DNA of 64,000 bases from Nitrospirota bacterium (lineage in GTDB: Bacteria > Nitrospirota > Nitrospiria > Nitrospirales > Nitrospiraceae), in NCBI GenBank assembly GCA_963701855.1, contig CAVPBK010000009.1, positions 288,001 through 352,000 of the forward strand, given 5' to 3'. The notes below the pieces were generated by a model. It saw only the letters and a program-made list of their open reading frames with translations, was not told the origin of the DNA and searched no databases. This document shows, piece after piece, positions 20,668 to 29,935 of the stretch. The position numbers were made by a program, and so were the translations under genes. The first letter of the stretch is position 1. The number at the start of each line of letters is the position of its first letter.

Positions 20668-21315
20668 TCAGGGGTTGTTGATGGGGGACGAGCCGGGAGA
20701 TACCCGGAGCATAAAGAACAGTTCTCTCAACGGCAGGAGGATCCAGAGGAGCAGCGCGACATTGTTGCTCACGAGGGAGACAATGATGCTTACCAACGCG
20801 AGTCCGGGAGCGGCATAGACGGCCCACACCGGAACCGTCACCCAGGTTCCGCCCGTCTCATCCGTCCGCCATTTTTCCCTCGCCAACACATACTGCCCCA
20901 ACACGTTCATCGACAAGGAGGCCAGCCCAAGATTCGCGGAGAAGACGATCGTGGCAATACGGTCGCCCTCATAATGACCGATCAGAGAGGCGGCATACGG
21001 GGCCAGCGAGATGAAGAGCAAATGCACGAAGTTGAGCACCAGCGCACGCGCATCACACTTGGTTACTGACTGAAAGATCCGGTGATGATTCAACCAGAAG
21101 AAAGCGACCACAGAAAAACTGATGATATAGGCGAAAAAGTTAGGGAGTTGCTCAAACAGGTCGGTGGTCAACTGGGGATTGGTGATCCCCGGAATCTCCG
21201 GCACCTTGAGATCCAGCACGAGCAGTGTGAGGGCAAACGCATACACGCCGTCCGAGACGGCGCACAGGCGGTCATGTGTGTGCGTGTGTTTCAGAAACAG
21301 GGGCAGTGCTCTCAT
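20668..21315 (-). CDS. TMEM175-family channel
   Basis: RL.AVSDGVYAFALTLLVLDL and SF.VVA.FW.NHH; six TM segments. Confidence 0.85.
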   Translation of the reverse strand: MRALPLFLKHTHTHDRLCAVSDGVYAFALTLLVLDLKVPEIPGITNPQLTTDLFEQLPNFFAYIISFSVVAFFWLNHHRIFQSVTKCDARALVLNFVHLLFISLAPYAASLIGHYEGDRIATIVFSANLGLASLSMNVLGQYVLAREKWRTDETGGTWVTVPVWAVYAAPGLALVSIIVSLVSNNVALLLWILLPLRELFFMLRVSPGSSPINNP

Positions 21316-21458
21316 GAATTAGCCTCAGACCCTGGCGCACGTTGAAGCGGCCCGTATTTCTTGAGCCAATGATGGAGAGAGACTATGTCACGGATATATT
21401 GCGAAAAAAGTCAGGAAAAACGCTCGACCGAGGCTCGCGCATGAGGCAGTGAGAAGGC

Positions 21459-22130
21459 CTACTGCCCTGCTTTGGGAACTGGCTCTCCGGCTTCAGGCTC
21501 ATCGCCTGTCTTCAAGATGGTGGCCTTGGAGAAGCAGTACGTGGACAGGATCAGGAACGGTACGCCAGGAACCCCCGGCACAGCAAACATCGCTACTCCC
21601 ACGACCATGCTGGCATATCCCACCATCCAATAGCCTTGCTTGACTGACCCGGCTGCTTGAGGCACACCATTGGAACCAGGGCTACTTTCTGCCGTATTCA
21701 GGTATCGCCACGGCTGCAACCAGGTCATCGCAAACGAATTGGTTGCAGCCTCGGGCAACGCGGCAGATGCACACTGTTCGAGCTCTTCGCGATTACGACT
21801 TTGCAGGAATAGGCACAGCGACTTCGAAGTCCACATCGCGGGATCGTGCACGACCGTGACACTCTGGCAGCCTGGCGCAACAGTGACTTCAGTGACGCCA
21901 GCTTGCACCGACAGCAATGGTCGTAGTCCGCCGACCATATGCGAATCGGCTTTGAGAGTCGGCACACGCAGCCGGACACGCCCAGGAATCGAATGAATGA
22001 CGTGGGTGGCCGCCAAGGGTCCGTTGAGTTGCACCGATGCAGACCGGTTCTCTCCACCTCCAGGCACGGACGAGGAGTTGTTGACTCCCTCAAGTGGCAT
22101 ATCAGATGGGCTCAGATCATTCCGGGCCAT
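21459..22130 (-). CDS. HMA2-domain membrane protein (FezC-like) with a YbaN/DUF454-like tail
   Basis: HSIPGRVRLRVP...GVTEV...SVTVVHD; C-terminal VPGVPGVPFLILSTYCFSK. Confidence 0.7.
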   Translation of the reverse strand: MARNDLSPSDMPLEGVNNSSSVPGGGENRSASVQLNGPLAATHVIHSIPGRVRLRVPTLKADSHMVGGLRPLLSVQAGVTEVTVAPGCQSVTVVHDPAMWTSKSLCLFLQSRNREELEQCASAALPEAATNSFAMTWLQPWRYLNTAESSPGSNGVPQAAGSVKQGYWMVGYASMVVGVAMFAVPGVPGVPFLILSTYCFSKATILKTGDEPEAGEPVPKAGQ

Positions 22131-22143
22131 TCGTACGACCTCG

Positions 22144-24672
22144 TCATCCCGCGATGGTGACCTTCTCAGTCATAGGTGAAGGCAGGAGTTTTATGCCAGG
22201 ACGCGCTGGAGAAACGACCTTGACCGGTTGCTGCTCCATGATCGGACGAAGGCCGTTGAGCGTCGCGATAATCGCCGACCCGTTGCTGAGCAGTGTGGCC
22301 CCAATCGGTCCAAGCAAGCCGATACAGGCCAGACCGGCTGCGAACGTGTTGGGAATTGAAATGATCTTCCAATTCTGCCGGATCAACGCGACCGTTTCGC
22401 GGCCGATGTCGATCGCGAGGGGAACCTTCCAGAGCCCCCCGTGCAAGAGCACCACAGGCGCCGTTTCCCTGGCTGCTTCCGTGCCTCCTTCAACGGCAAT
22501 GCCCACGTCGGCATAGGCCAGCATGGGAGAGTCGTTGACTCCGTCTCCGACAACGGCGACCTTATATCCCTCGCGTTGCAGACGCTGGACTGCCTCCGAC
22601 TTGTCTCCCGGAAACACTTCGGCCAGGTACTCGGTGATCCCAAGTTCCGCGGCAATTCTCCTGGCAACATCCTTGTGATCGCCGGTGATCATCACGATAC
22701 GTTTAATTCCCCGATCCCTCAATGCCTGGACGATATCCCGTGCCTCGGGCCGCAAGGGGTCGGAGATGGCTAGTAATCCGATTACGAGCCCGTCTTTCGC
22801 TACGCAGAGTGGAGAAATCGCCTGTTGCTGCATCATCAAGATCAGTTCCTGCGTCTCCGGCGATAGGGTCAACCCACGAAGCGTCATGAACCTGGGACTT
22901 CCCACCAGAACCACCGAATCGTTTACAATCGCCTCAACACCGAGACCCAGGCTGTAATCCGACGCGGTCCGGTCCGGGATCGACAGCTGTCTGGCCTCTG
23001 CAGCCCGGACGATGGCGTCCGCCACAGGATGCGTCATCCGCAGTTCCGCTGCGGCGGCCAGCGCGAGCACCTCATCGGCTGTACTGCCGTTGACCGGCAC
23101 CACATCCAGGATGTCGGGATGCCCCGTGGTCAAGGTGCCGGTCTTGTCGAAGACGACGGCATCCACTTCCGCGAGGCTTTCCAGATGCCGCCCTCCTTTG
23201 ATCAGAATCCCGTTCCGAATTGCCTTCGTCATAGCGGATAAGACAGTCGTGGGAGCCGCAATCCTGATTCCCGTTCCGTAGTCGACAACAAGGACGGCAG
23301 CCGCGCCCTGAAGACCGCCTCCCATCACGGCTCCGATGGCGCTTCCCACGAAGCTGTAGGGTACGAGATCGTTCGCCCACTTGACGGCGTAATTCTGGAT
23401 TTTGGTTTCACGAGCCGGCGCGGCCTCCACGAGCCGCAGGATCTGAGCGGCCTCTGTTGCGTTTCCAATCCGCTCGGCGCAGATATAGATTTTCCCTTCC
23501 CGCACCACCGTGGCAGCGTAGACAAGAGCGCCCTCCTCCTTCTCGACCGGGAGCGATTCGCCGGTGAGCGAGGCCTGGTCCACCAGAGCCTTGCCGCTGA
23601 GCACAGTGCCATCCACGGCAATACGCTCGCCCGGATAGACGACCACGGTCTCGCCGATTTGAACCTCTGCCACGCTGACGCGCACTTTCTGTCCGTCGCG
23701 CACCACCCAGGCCTCGATGTTCTGGTAGCCGAGGATTTCCTCGATCGCCTTCTTCGATTGCATCATGGTGAGGTCGCGAATCCAGTCCGCGACGTTGATA
23801 AGCCAGACCATGAAGATTGCCATCGGGAAGGTGCCTTGCATGACGAGCAACGTAGTGGCGGAGGCATCCAGCACATCGACGTTGAGCTTGCCGTCTTCCG
23901 AAATCGAGTGATGGGCCCGCTTGAGCATCGGCATGGCGCTGGCCAGAAGCAACAGGGGCACCAGCGGCAGCACCAGCGGTTCGACGAGGAACACCAGACA
24001 GATTCCGGCGCTCGAATACCAGAGTTCATTTCCCGCCTCATCAGTCGGGGCCTGTGCCTGATCTACCGCCTCTTTCGCAGATTTGTACGATAGAACCTCT
24101 GCTGCCGAGAGTAGTTGCAGCCACACGCAGAGCCTGTTGGGCGTCCAGACGGCGGGGTCGCAGGTGACCGTCACACTGTGACACCAGTCATTCACTGTGA
24201 CATCGGTCACGCCTGGCTGGTCCTTGAGAAGCCGCTGCAGTGGTTCGACTAGGCCTGGCGAGGTCTTGAGCGCCGGCACTCGCAATCTGATACGTCCGCG
24301 AACTGCATGGACCACGCTGGTATCAGCCAGCGTATCGGTAGGTTTCGCACGCGTTGTTATGAGCTCAGCAATGGCAACCGACGGAGAGGGATGATCTCCG
24401 TTCTTGGGTTCAGCAATCGCAACAGACGCAGAAGGATGATCTCCATTTTTCTGGTGCGGTGGTATCTGGTGAGGGATCAGGGCCGAGAGCGCATCCCGCT
24501 CGCTTCCATTCGGGAGGAGACTGAAGACAAAGCCGTTCCCCTTTTCATCTTCAGGGTTCAATGATTTCCGCTTTTTCCCAACCTTTATGATTCGCTTTTC
24601 GGCCCGAATTGTTTTCACGATGATACAAATCCTTTTCGGAAATGAATCGGCCGCTGCCTCCATCAATTCCAA
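22144..24672 (-). CDS. P1B-type ATPase, P1B-6/FezB-like (real start may be GTG 24618)
   Basis: TGES, DKTGT, HP and GDGVND motifs; N-terminal HAVRGRIRLR HMA2 domain; TM motif DYGTG in place of CPC; C-terminal SNGSAIIATLNGLRP. Confidence 0.9.
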   Translation of the reverse strand: MELMEAAADSFPKRICIIVKTIRAEKRIIKVGKKRKSLNPEDEKGNGFVFSLLPNGSERDALSALIPHQIPPHQKNGDHPSASVAIAEPKNGDHPSPSVAIAELITTRAKPTDTLADTSVVHAVRGRIRLRVPALKTSPGLVEPLQRLLKDQPGVTDVTVNDWCHSVTVTCDPAVWTPNRLCVWLQLLSAAEVLSYKSAKEAVDQAQAPTDEAGNELWYSSAGICLVFLVEPLVLPLVPLLLLASAMPMLKRAHHSISEDGKLNVDVLDASATTLLVMQGTFPMAIFMVWLINVADWIRDLTMMQSKKAIEEILGYQNIEAWVVRDGQKVRVSVAEVQIGETVVVYPGERIAVDGTVLSGKALVDQASLTGESLPVEKEEGALVYAATVVREGKIYICAERIGNATEAAQILRLVEAAPARETKIQNYAVKWANDLVPYSFVGSAIGAVMGGGLQGAAAVLVVDYGTGIRIAAPTTVLSAMTKAIRNGILIKGGRHLESLAEVDAVVFDKTGTLTTGHPDILDVVPVNGSTADEVLALAAAAELRMTHPVADAIVRAAEARQLSIPDRTASDYSLGLGVEAIVNDSVVLVGSPRFMTLRGLTLSPETQELILMMQQQAISPLCVAKDGLVIGLLAISDPLRPEARDIVQALRDRGIKRIVMITGDHKDVARRIAAELGITEYLAEVFPGDKSEAVQRLQREGYKVAVVGDGVNDSPMLAYADVGIAVEGGTEAARETAPVVLLHGGLWKVPLAIDIGRETVALIRQNWKIISIPNTFAAGLACIGLLGPIGATLLSNGSAIIATLNGLRPIMEQQPVKVVSPARPGIKLLPSPMTEKVTIAG

Positions 24673-24781
24673 ATATGAATTTCACATTGCTGATCGAGCA
24701 CTATCGGCTGATTACGAGTGGGCGATCTTCGTCGCCTAATAACACGTGCCCTCAACCGCAGGCGGCTCAAGCGCTCAGTCC

Positions 24782-24997
24782 TTACTGGCCACCCTTGTCA
24801 TCAGTCTTGTCCGTCTCCTGTGCCTGGGTCTTCGACGTCTCCAACTCGGACTTTGCCTCCGCAAGAAGATCCTTGAACTTCTCGCCCGTCTCAGAGGCAT
24901 ATTCGGAGGCCGCACCAGCCACAACGATTCCACCCTTGATCAGTTCTTTAAGAATGGGACGGAACATGGACCCGATCCCTGATACGATGCGCTCCAC
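24782..24997 (-). CDS. Small DUF5132-like protein (FezA-like)
   Basis: RBS AAGGAGG with GTG start; RPILKELIKGGI...ETGEKFKDLLAEAKSEL. Confidence 0.75.
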   Translation of the reverse strand: MERIVSGIGSMFRPILKELIKGGIVVAGAASEYASETGEKFKDLLAEAKSELETSKTQAQETDKTDDKGGQ

Positions 24998-25355
24998 AGT
25001 TGACCTCCTTCGTTAGCAGCCTGCTCGAACAACAACGGCAGTTCTTTTAATCTACATCGCCGTAAGTAAATAATTCAATGAATGCATCCCTGATGATTGT
25101 GTGTTATATACCCATCTAATAGGGGGGACCGACGCAGACAATATGAGTGATTTCTTGGTCTAAGGGAGCGACGGTAATCTGGATTTGGAGAGTCGTACGA
25201 ACGCGAACTTCAGCTTGCGAGCCCCTTCGACAGACTCTACTTACCCCCGTCGAAGGGATCATGCGCGAGAGAGCAACCGGCTGCCTCAGCCAGCCTGAGC
25301 AGGTTGGCCCTGACAGGAATGTGAGCGGAAACCCTTGGCGCGATAGCTTCAGACG

Positions 25356-25625
25356 TTAATGAGTCGCTTGCACCTCGGCCGGCAAGGTTTCTCCCGTAGG
25401 GGTCGCAGCCAGTTCAGCTTTAGCTTCCGCAACTAAATCACTGAAGTAGCTACCCCCTCCGGAACACATATCGGACACGGCTTCTTGGACGACCAGCCCG
25501 CCCTTGACCACTTCCTTTGCCGCAGCCCACGCCACCGTCCCTGCGCTTGACGCGACACTCATGACTACCTTCGAAGCGACTGCACCGATTACCACACCGG
25601 CTACGCTGCCGATAATAACTTCCAT
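25356..25625 (-). CDS. Small DUF5132-like GxxxG protein (FezA-like)
   Basis: RBS GGGAGGGAG; GSVAGVVIG, AKEVVKGGL and FSDLVAEAKAEL. Confidence 0.75.
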   Translation of the reverse strand: MEVIIGSVAGVVIGAVASKVVMSVASSAGTVAWAAAKEVVKGGLVVQEAVSDMCSGGGSYFSDLVAEAKAELAATPTGETLPAEVQATH

Positions 25626-25692
25626 AACTCCCTCCCTTTCGGTTAGATCATCCCTCATGCGTGAAGGATTCACCAGGCGTTAACGCTTTCTC

Positions 25693-25804
25693 ACTGTAGC
25701 CGAACTATTTCTCTGGAGTCAACTGCTTCGAAAAGCTCAACGGACCCCTCTGCCGATTCATGACATGACGAACCGTTGCCACTGGCTGGCAAATCATATA
25801 CGAT
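25693..25804. promoter_or_regulatory. Back-to-back sigma70-like promoters for the fez-like genes (-) and parA (+)
   Basis: Minus strand TTGACT-18-TACAGT (25722..25693); plus strand TTGCCA-17-TACGAT (25776..25804). Confidence 0.5.
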
Positions 25805-25859
25805 GCGGCTTCGCGCCATCTAGGAAAGGTGCGGAGAAAAATTGAGGAGCCTACCGATC

Positions 25860-26648
25860 GTGGCACGCCTCATCGCCATCATCAATCAAAAGGGCGGAAG
25901 CGCCAAGACGACGACCACTGTCAACCTGGCATCGGCACTGGGCAGGCAGGATCGGCGAGTGCTCGTGCTGGATCTCGATCCGCAAGCTTCCGCATCAAGT
26001 TGGCTCGGAGCGAAAGACGGTGAACGAGGTCTGCTGGACGTCTTGACCAACGGATTGGCCCTGGCCGGACTGATTCAACCGACGTCGGCCGACGGTGTCG
26101 AGATAGTTCCTTCTTCTACCTGGCTGGTCGGAGTTGAGAAAGCCCTCGCGAGTACAGTCGGAGCGGAAACGATTCTGCGTCAACGACTCGCCGCGCTGGA
26201 GGGACGGTGGCACTATATCCTCATCGACTGCCCCCCCACGCTCGGCATCCTGGCGACCAACGCGTTGGTCGCAGCCAAGGAGGTGCTGATTCCCGTGGAG
26301 TGCCATGTCATGGGTCTTGGTGGACTTGCGCGGTTGCTCCAAACTATCGAGATCATCAAGGAGCGACTCAATCCCGATATCAAGGTGGCCGGCATTCTGG
26401 CTTGCCGCGTCGATGCGAGAACTCGCCACGCGCAGGAAGTGGTCGAGCAACTCCGAAACCGCTTCGGTCCGCTCGTATATGACACGATGATCCGGGAAAA
26501 TATTCGTTTGGCCGAATGTCCCTCGTTCTGCCAGCCCATCGATCGCTATGATCCGTTCTGTGCCGGAGCGGTGGACTACCGGAAGCTGGCAAGCGACGTC
26601 ATGAAGCAAGAAAGTCAATCACCGGCACGAGTTACCGCTCTCAGGTAA
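25860..26648 (+). CDS. Orphan ParA/Soj-family ATPase
   Basis: Deviant Walker A NQKGGSAKTT, DLDPQ, IDCPPTLG, VLIPV, DARTR and IRENIRLAECP; GTG 25860 with RBS GAGGAG. Confidence 0.93.
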   Translation: MARLIAIINQKGGSAKTTTTVNLASALGRQDRRVLVLDLDPQASASSWLGAKDGERGLLDVLTNGLALAGLIQPTSADGVEIVPSSTWLVGVEKALASTVGAETILRQRLAALEGRWHYILIDCPPTLGILATNALVAAKEVLIPVECHVMGLGGLARLLQTIEIIKERLNPDIKVAGILACRVDARTRHAQEVVEQLRNRFGPLVYDTMIRENIRLAECPSFCQPIDRYDPFCAGAVDYRKLASDVMKQESQSPARVTALR

Positions 26649-26679
26649 CCGTCCACCCGCTACAGAAAAATGTATTCAG

Positions 26680-27018
26680 ATGGCAAAGCGAAAAACGATC
26701 GGGGAAAATCCACTAGACGCGATCGCGCCTGATCGCACAGCGCGTCAAAAGAAAGAGACCGTTGCGGCTACGAACCCACGGCCTGCTGTTGCAGTCTCGC
26801 CCGCTGAGCCACGGCGGCCGGCGAAGACGGCGCCGGCCGCCGTTAATCCTGAAAAGGGAACGGCCACCTCTATTATCCAGGCTACTCGGACACAAGCCCC
26901 GGCTCGACAAACACCAGCGCAACAAGATTTGCTCCGCCGCATCAAGTCTCTAGAGGAGCAGAATACGTTGATGAAATGGCTGGTCTATGGAGCGATTGGG
27001 CTGGCCTTTCTGTTGTGA
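26680..27018 (+). CDS. Putative ParA partner: basic N-terminal peptide, disordered linker, coiled coil and C-terminal TM anchor
   Basis: MAKRKTIGENPLDAI, a P/A/T-rich linker, LLRRIKSLEEQN and WLVYGAIGLAFLL-stop; starts 31 nt after parA. Confidence 0.75.
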   Translation: MAKRKTIGENPLDAIAPDRTARQKKETVAATNPRPAVAVSPAEPRRPAKTAPAAVNPEKGTATSIIQATRTQAPARQTPAQQDLLRRIKSLEEQNTLMKWLVYGAIGLAFLL

Positions 27019-27090
27019 CCGAACGAACCTCCCGCGGCAAGGTCTGACCGGCTACCTCTCGCCTTCGCGACATACCTCGGCACGCTCGAT

Positions 27091-28149
27091 TCATACCGGT
27101 AGAAAGAAAAACCCGATCGCGAGCATCAGATAGACGGCGATCAGCATCACTCCCTCCATCCAGTGACACTCTCCGTCGGAGGTCTGGCGACTGACGATGG
27201 CGACGGCGAGGACGATCGCCACGATCTCAAAGGCGGTGAAGTGCAGATCCATGGGCTTCCCCATGAAGTAGCCTGCAAACACCAGTACCGGAGCTACGAA
27301 CAACGCCACCTGCGTGCTGGCCCCGACCGCGATGCCGAACGATAAATCCATCTGGTCTTTTCTGGCGAACCCCACGGCATTCATGGCCTCTGCGGCATTG
27401 CCGACCAGCGCGAGAAAAATGATGCCCGTGAAAATCGGCGTCATCCCGATCGAGGCAGACGCAGGTTCGATCGCTCCGACGAGGATTTCACTCACGACGG
27501 CGATCACGACGGTCACACCGGCCAGTACGGCGATGGATTTCCCTTTGCTCCATGGAGCTTCATGCGAGGCTTCATGCGCCTCTGCCGCACCGGAGGCGTC
27601 AGGTCCAGGCTGGATGAGTTGCCGATGGGTCTTGAGTGTAAACACGAGACTCAACAGATAGGTGACAAAGAGCACGATAGAGATTTGCATGCTCACCTCG
27701 CGCTCTTTGCCTGTTGCAAAATGAAACATGGCCGGGATCAGCAGCGCGACCGCCGCCACGAACAAAAGGCCCCCGCTCATGCCCGCGACGGTGGGATTGA
27801 ACCGCTGACGTTCCCGGCCCCACCCGCCGATGATCATCGACAGGCCGAGTGAAAAAAGCGTATTGCCGAGAATCGAACCGGTGATTGACGCCTTGACGAC
27901 ATCGACAAGCCCCTCTTTCAGAGCAAAGCCGGCGATGATCAGCTCAGGGGCATTCCCGAGGGACGCGCTCAGCAAGCCGCCGATGGTGGCTCCGACATAG
28001 GTCGAGAGATGTTCCGTGGAGCGCCCCATCAGGCCGGCCAGCGGTATGATGGCGAGCGCGGCGGCGGCAAACACCATGACAGGGTTGGCGCCATACCAAT
28101 CAAGCCCCACGGCGATCGGAATAAACACCAACAACAGATTCAAGCCCAT
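27091..28149 (-). CDS. cax: Ca2+/H+ antiporter (CAX family)
   Basis: GNAPELII, SITGSILGN, GNAAE and GASTQVALFVAP alpha-repeats. Confidence 0.92.
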   Translation of the reverse strand: MGLNLLLVFIPIAVGLDWYGANPVMVFAAAALAIIPLAGLMGRSTEHLSTYVGATIGGLLSASLGNAPELIIAGFALKEGLVDVVKASITGSILGNTLFSLGLSMIIGGWGRERQRFNPTVAGMSGGLLFVAAVALLIPAMFHFATGKEREVSMQISIVLFVTYLLSLVFTLKTHRQLIQPGPDASGAAEAHEASHEAPWSKGKSIAVLAGVTVVIAVVSEILVGAIEPASASIGMTPIFTGIIFLALVGNAAEAMNAVGFARKDQMDLSFGIAVGASTQVALFVAPVLVFAGYFMGKPMDLHFTAFEIVAIVLAVAIVSRQTSDGECHWMEGVMLIAVYLMLAIGFFFLPV

Positions 28150-28204
28150 GCTAGTTGTCCTTTCTCGCGGTGTCGATCACACATTTTCAGCACGTCTTGG
28201 ACAA

Positions 28205-28349
28205 GTCTGGTCTGTCTGGTTTGTTTTGTTTATCTGGTTGATTTGGTTCCTCCGGTTAGTTTCGTATACCCAAAAAACCGGAAAAACGAAACAGACCAGA
28301 CAAACCAAATAACGGTCTTCACACGTTGGCGGACTTTTTCAGCATCCTG
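28205..28349. repeat. Low-complexity 9-mer palindromic element with a conserved end
   Basis: Ends ggcggactttttcagcatcctg and abuts the TolC stop codon. Confidence 0.75.
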
Positions 28350-29768
28350 TTAGATCGTAATATCGCGCCCGGCCGCCCACTCGAGCCGGAGCCAGTTCTG
28401 CTGGTGACCGAAGATCGCTTCCAGATGGTTCTCCTCCGTGTCCGCATAGGAACGACGCGTATTCTCCAGATCCAAAATCCCGATCTCTTTCTTGGTGAAC
28501 GCCTGCTGCGCCGCGCTGAACAGCGTCGACGCCTGCACCAGAGCACCGTTCATGGCTTCAACAAGTTTCCGCCCGTGCAAGAACTTCCGGTACGCGACGG
28601 CGACCTCATTCTGAATCTGGATCTCCGTCTTCTCGATCTCCGCGTCAATCGAACTGATTGCGACTTCAGCCTCGACGATCCCGCCCTGATTCCGGTCAAA
28701 GACTGGCAGCGGAACAGAAAGACCAACGCCCCACTGTTGCTGGTTATCAGGCCCATGCGCTCCCTGCATCGAATAGCCGAGGTTGGTTGTCACGTTGGGG
28801 ATCCGTATCGCCTTGGCAAGCTGCAGTTCAGTCTTTCGCTTGTCACGGGTCAGCCGTTTGGACCGGATGTCCGGCCGATTCGCCAGAGCATAATCCAATA
28901 ACTTCGCAAAATTCGGCTCAGCCGTACGATACGCGAGACTCGTGTCGAGTTCCAGTTCCACGTCCGGCGGAATTTGCAACATCATGCGAAAATCTCCCGA
29001 CACTTCTTCGATCCGCTGCATATCTCGGAGCACCTCGGAGTCTGCATTCACAGCCAGCAGGCCCAGCCGGACGCGATCGAGATCTGAGCCGCCCCGTTTC
29101 CCCTCACCGCTGAAGCCTTGCAGTAACTTGATAAGAACGCTTTGGACTTCTAGGTCCACCGCAAGGTGCCCTCGCTGCCGTTGCACCCGGAAATACGTCT
29201 CCTTGAGCGTGAACCCCAACTGCCGCACCGCATCTTCAAACTTCGCTTCGTTGGACATGGTATCCAATGCGGCAGCCTCCATCCGGTATCCTCGTCTCCC
29301 CGCAACCTCGAACAGTTGGGTCAACGACGGGGCCACCGCACCGCACTTGTCAAGGTTGCACCCCTGCGTATAGGAGCTAAGAGTACTGACCGATAACGTC
29401 GGATTCGGATATAGCCGCGCCGTGATCTGCCGGCCCTTCGCAGCATCGATTCCGTAGCTTGCGATGATGAGATCGAGGTTTCGCTTCAGGAATAGCGCCA
29501 TCGCTTCATCCAGCGTGAGCCGCAAAACCTTCTGAGAGGAAGGAAGCGGCGACGGCTTCGGTTCCGGCGCCTGACCAAACCTGATCCCAGACCTCCCAAG
29601 AATATTATCGACCCAGGATTCTATCGTTTCTTTCTGGCTCGCCGCGTACGCCGGAGCATCTACGATCAACCCTGGCCATGCGACGGCGATCATGAGCGCC
29701 GAAGCCAACACCCAACGAATGAGAGGGCGTCGGGTTCCCGTGCTCCCATGCCTAAACTGAATGTCCAT
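28350..29768 (-). CDS. TolC/CzcC-family outer-membrane efflux protein
   Basis: LTLDEA...NLDL, PNPTL, ALANRPDI and SVPLPVFDRNQG; RBS AGGAGG before ATG 29768. Confidence 0.88.
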   Translation of the reverse strand: MDIQFRHGSTGTRRPLIRWVLASALMIAVAWPGLIVDAPAYAASQKETIESWVDNILGRSGIRFGQAPEPKPSPLPSSQKVLRLTLDEAMALFLKRNLDLIIASYGIDAAKGRQITARLYPNPTLSVSTLSSYTQGCNLDKCGAVAPSLTQLFEVAGRRGYRMEAAALDTMSNEAKFEDAVRQLGFTLKETYFRVQRQRGHLAVDLEVQSVLIKLLQGFSGEGKRGGSDLDRVRLGLLAVNADSEVLRDMQRIEEVSGDFRMMLQIPPDVELELDTSLAYRTAEPNFAKLLDYALANRPDIRSKRLTRDKRKTELQLAKAIRIPNVTTNLGYSMQGAHGPDNQQQWGVGLSVPLPVFDRNQGGIVEAEVAISSIDAEIEKTEIQIQNEVAVAYRKFLHGRKLVEAMNGALVQASTLFSAAQQAFTKKEIGILDLENTRRSYADTEENHLEAIFGHQQNWLRLEWAAGRDITI

Positions 29769-29785
29769 AAGCACCCTCCTTGATC

Positions 29786-29935
29786 CTGGTCGGTCGTGTC
29801 TGTCTGGTCTATGTGGTCTGTCTTGTCTGTTTGGTCTGTCTGGTTTATTTGGTTGAACAAGACCAACTTGATGAACTAAACAAACCAGACAAACTAGATA
29901 GACCAGACCACCAGATGAACTAGATAGACTAGACA
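29786..29935. repeat. Low-complexity 9-mer palindromic element
   Basis: ctggtctgt repeats, then accagacaa/actagatag repeats. Confidence 0.75.

Noticed and set aside
25860..27018. Plasmid or chromosome partition (ParAB) locus
   Set aside because: The partner has no ParB CTPase/HTH or RHH features and ends in a TM helix; no rep gene, parS or iterons were seen
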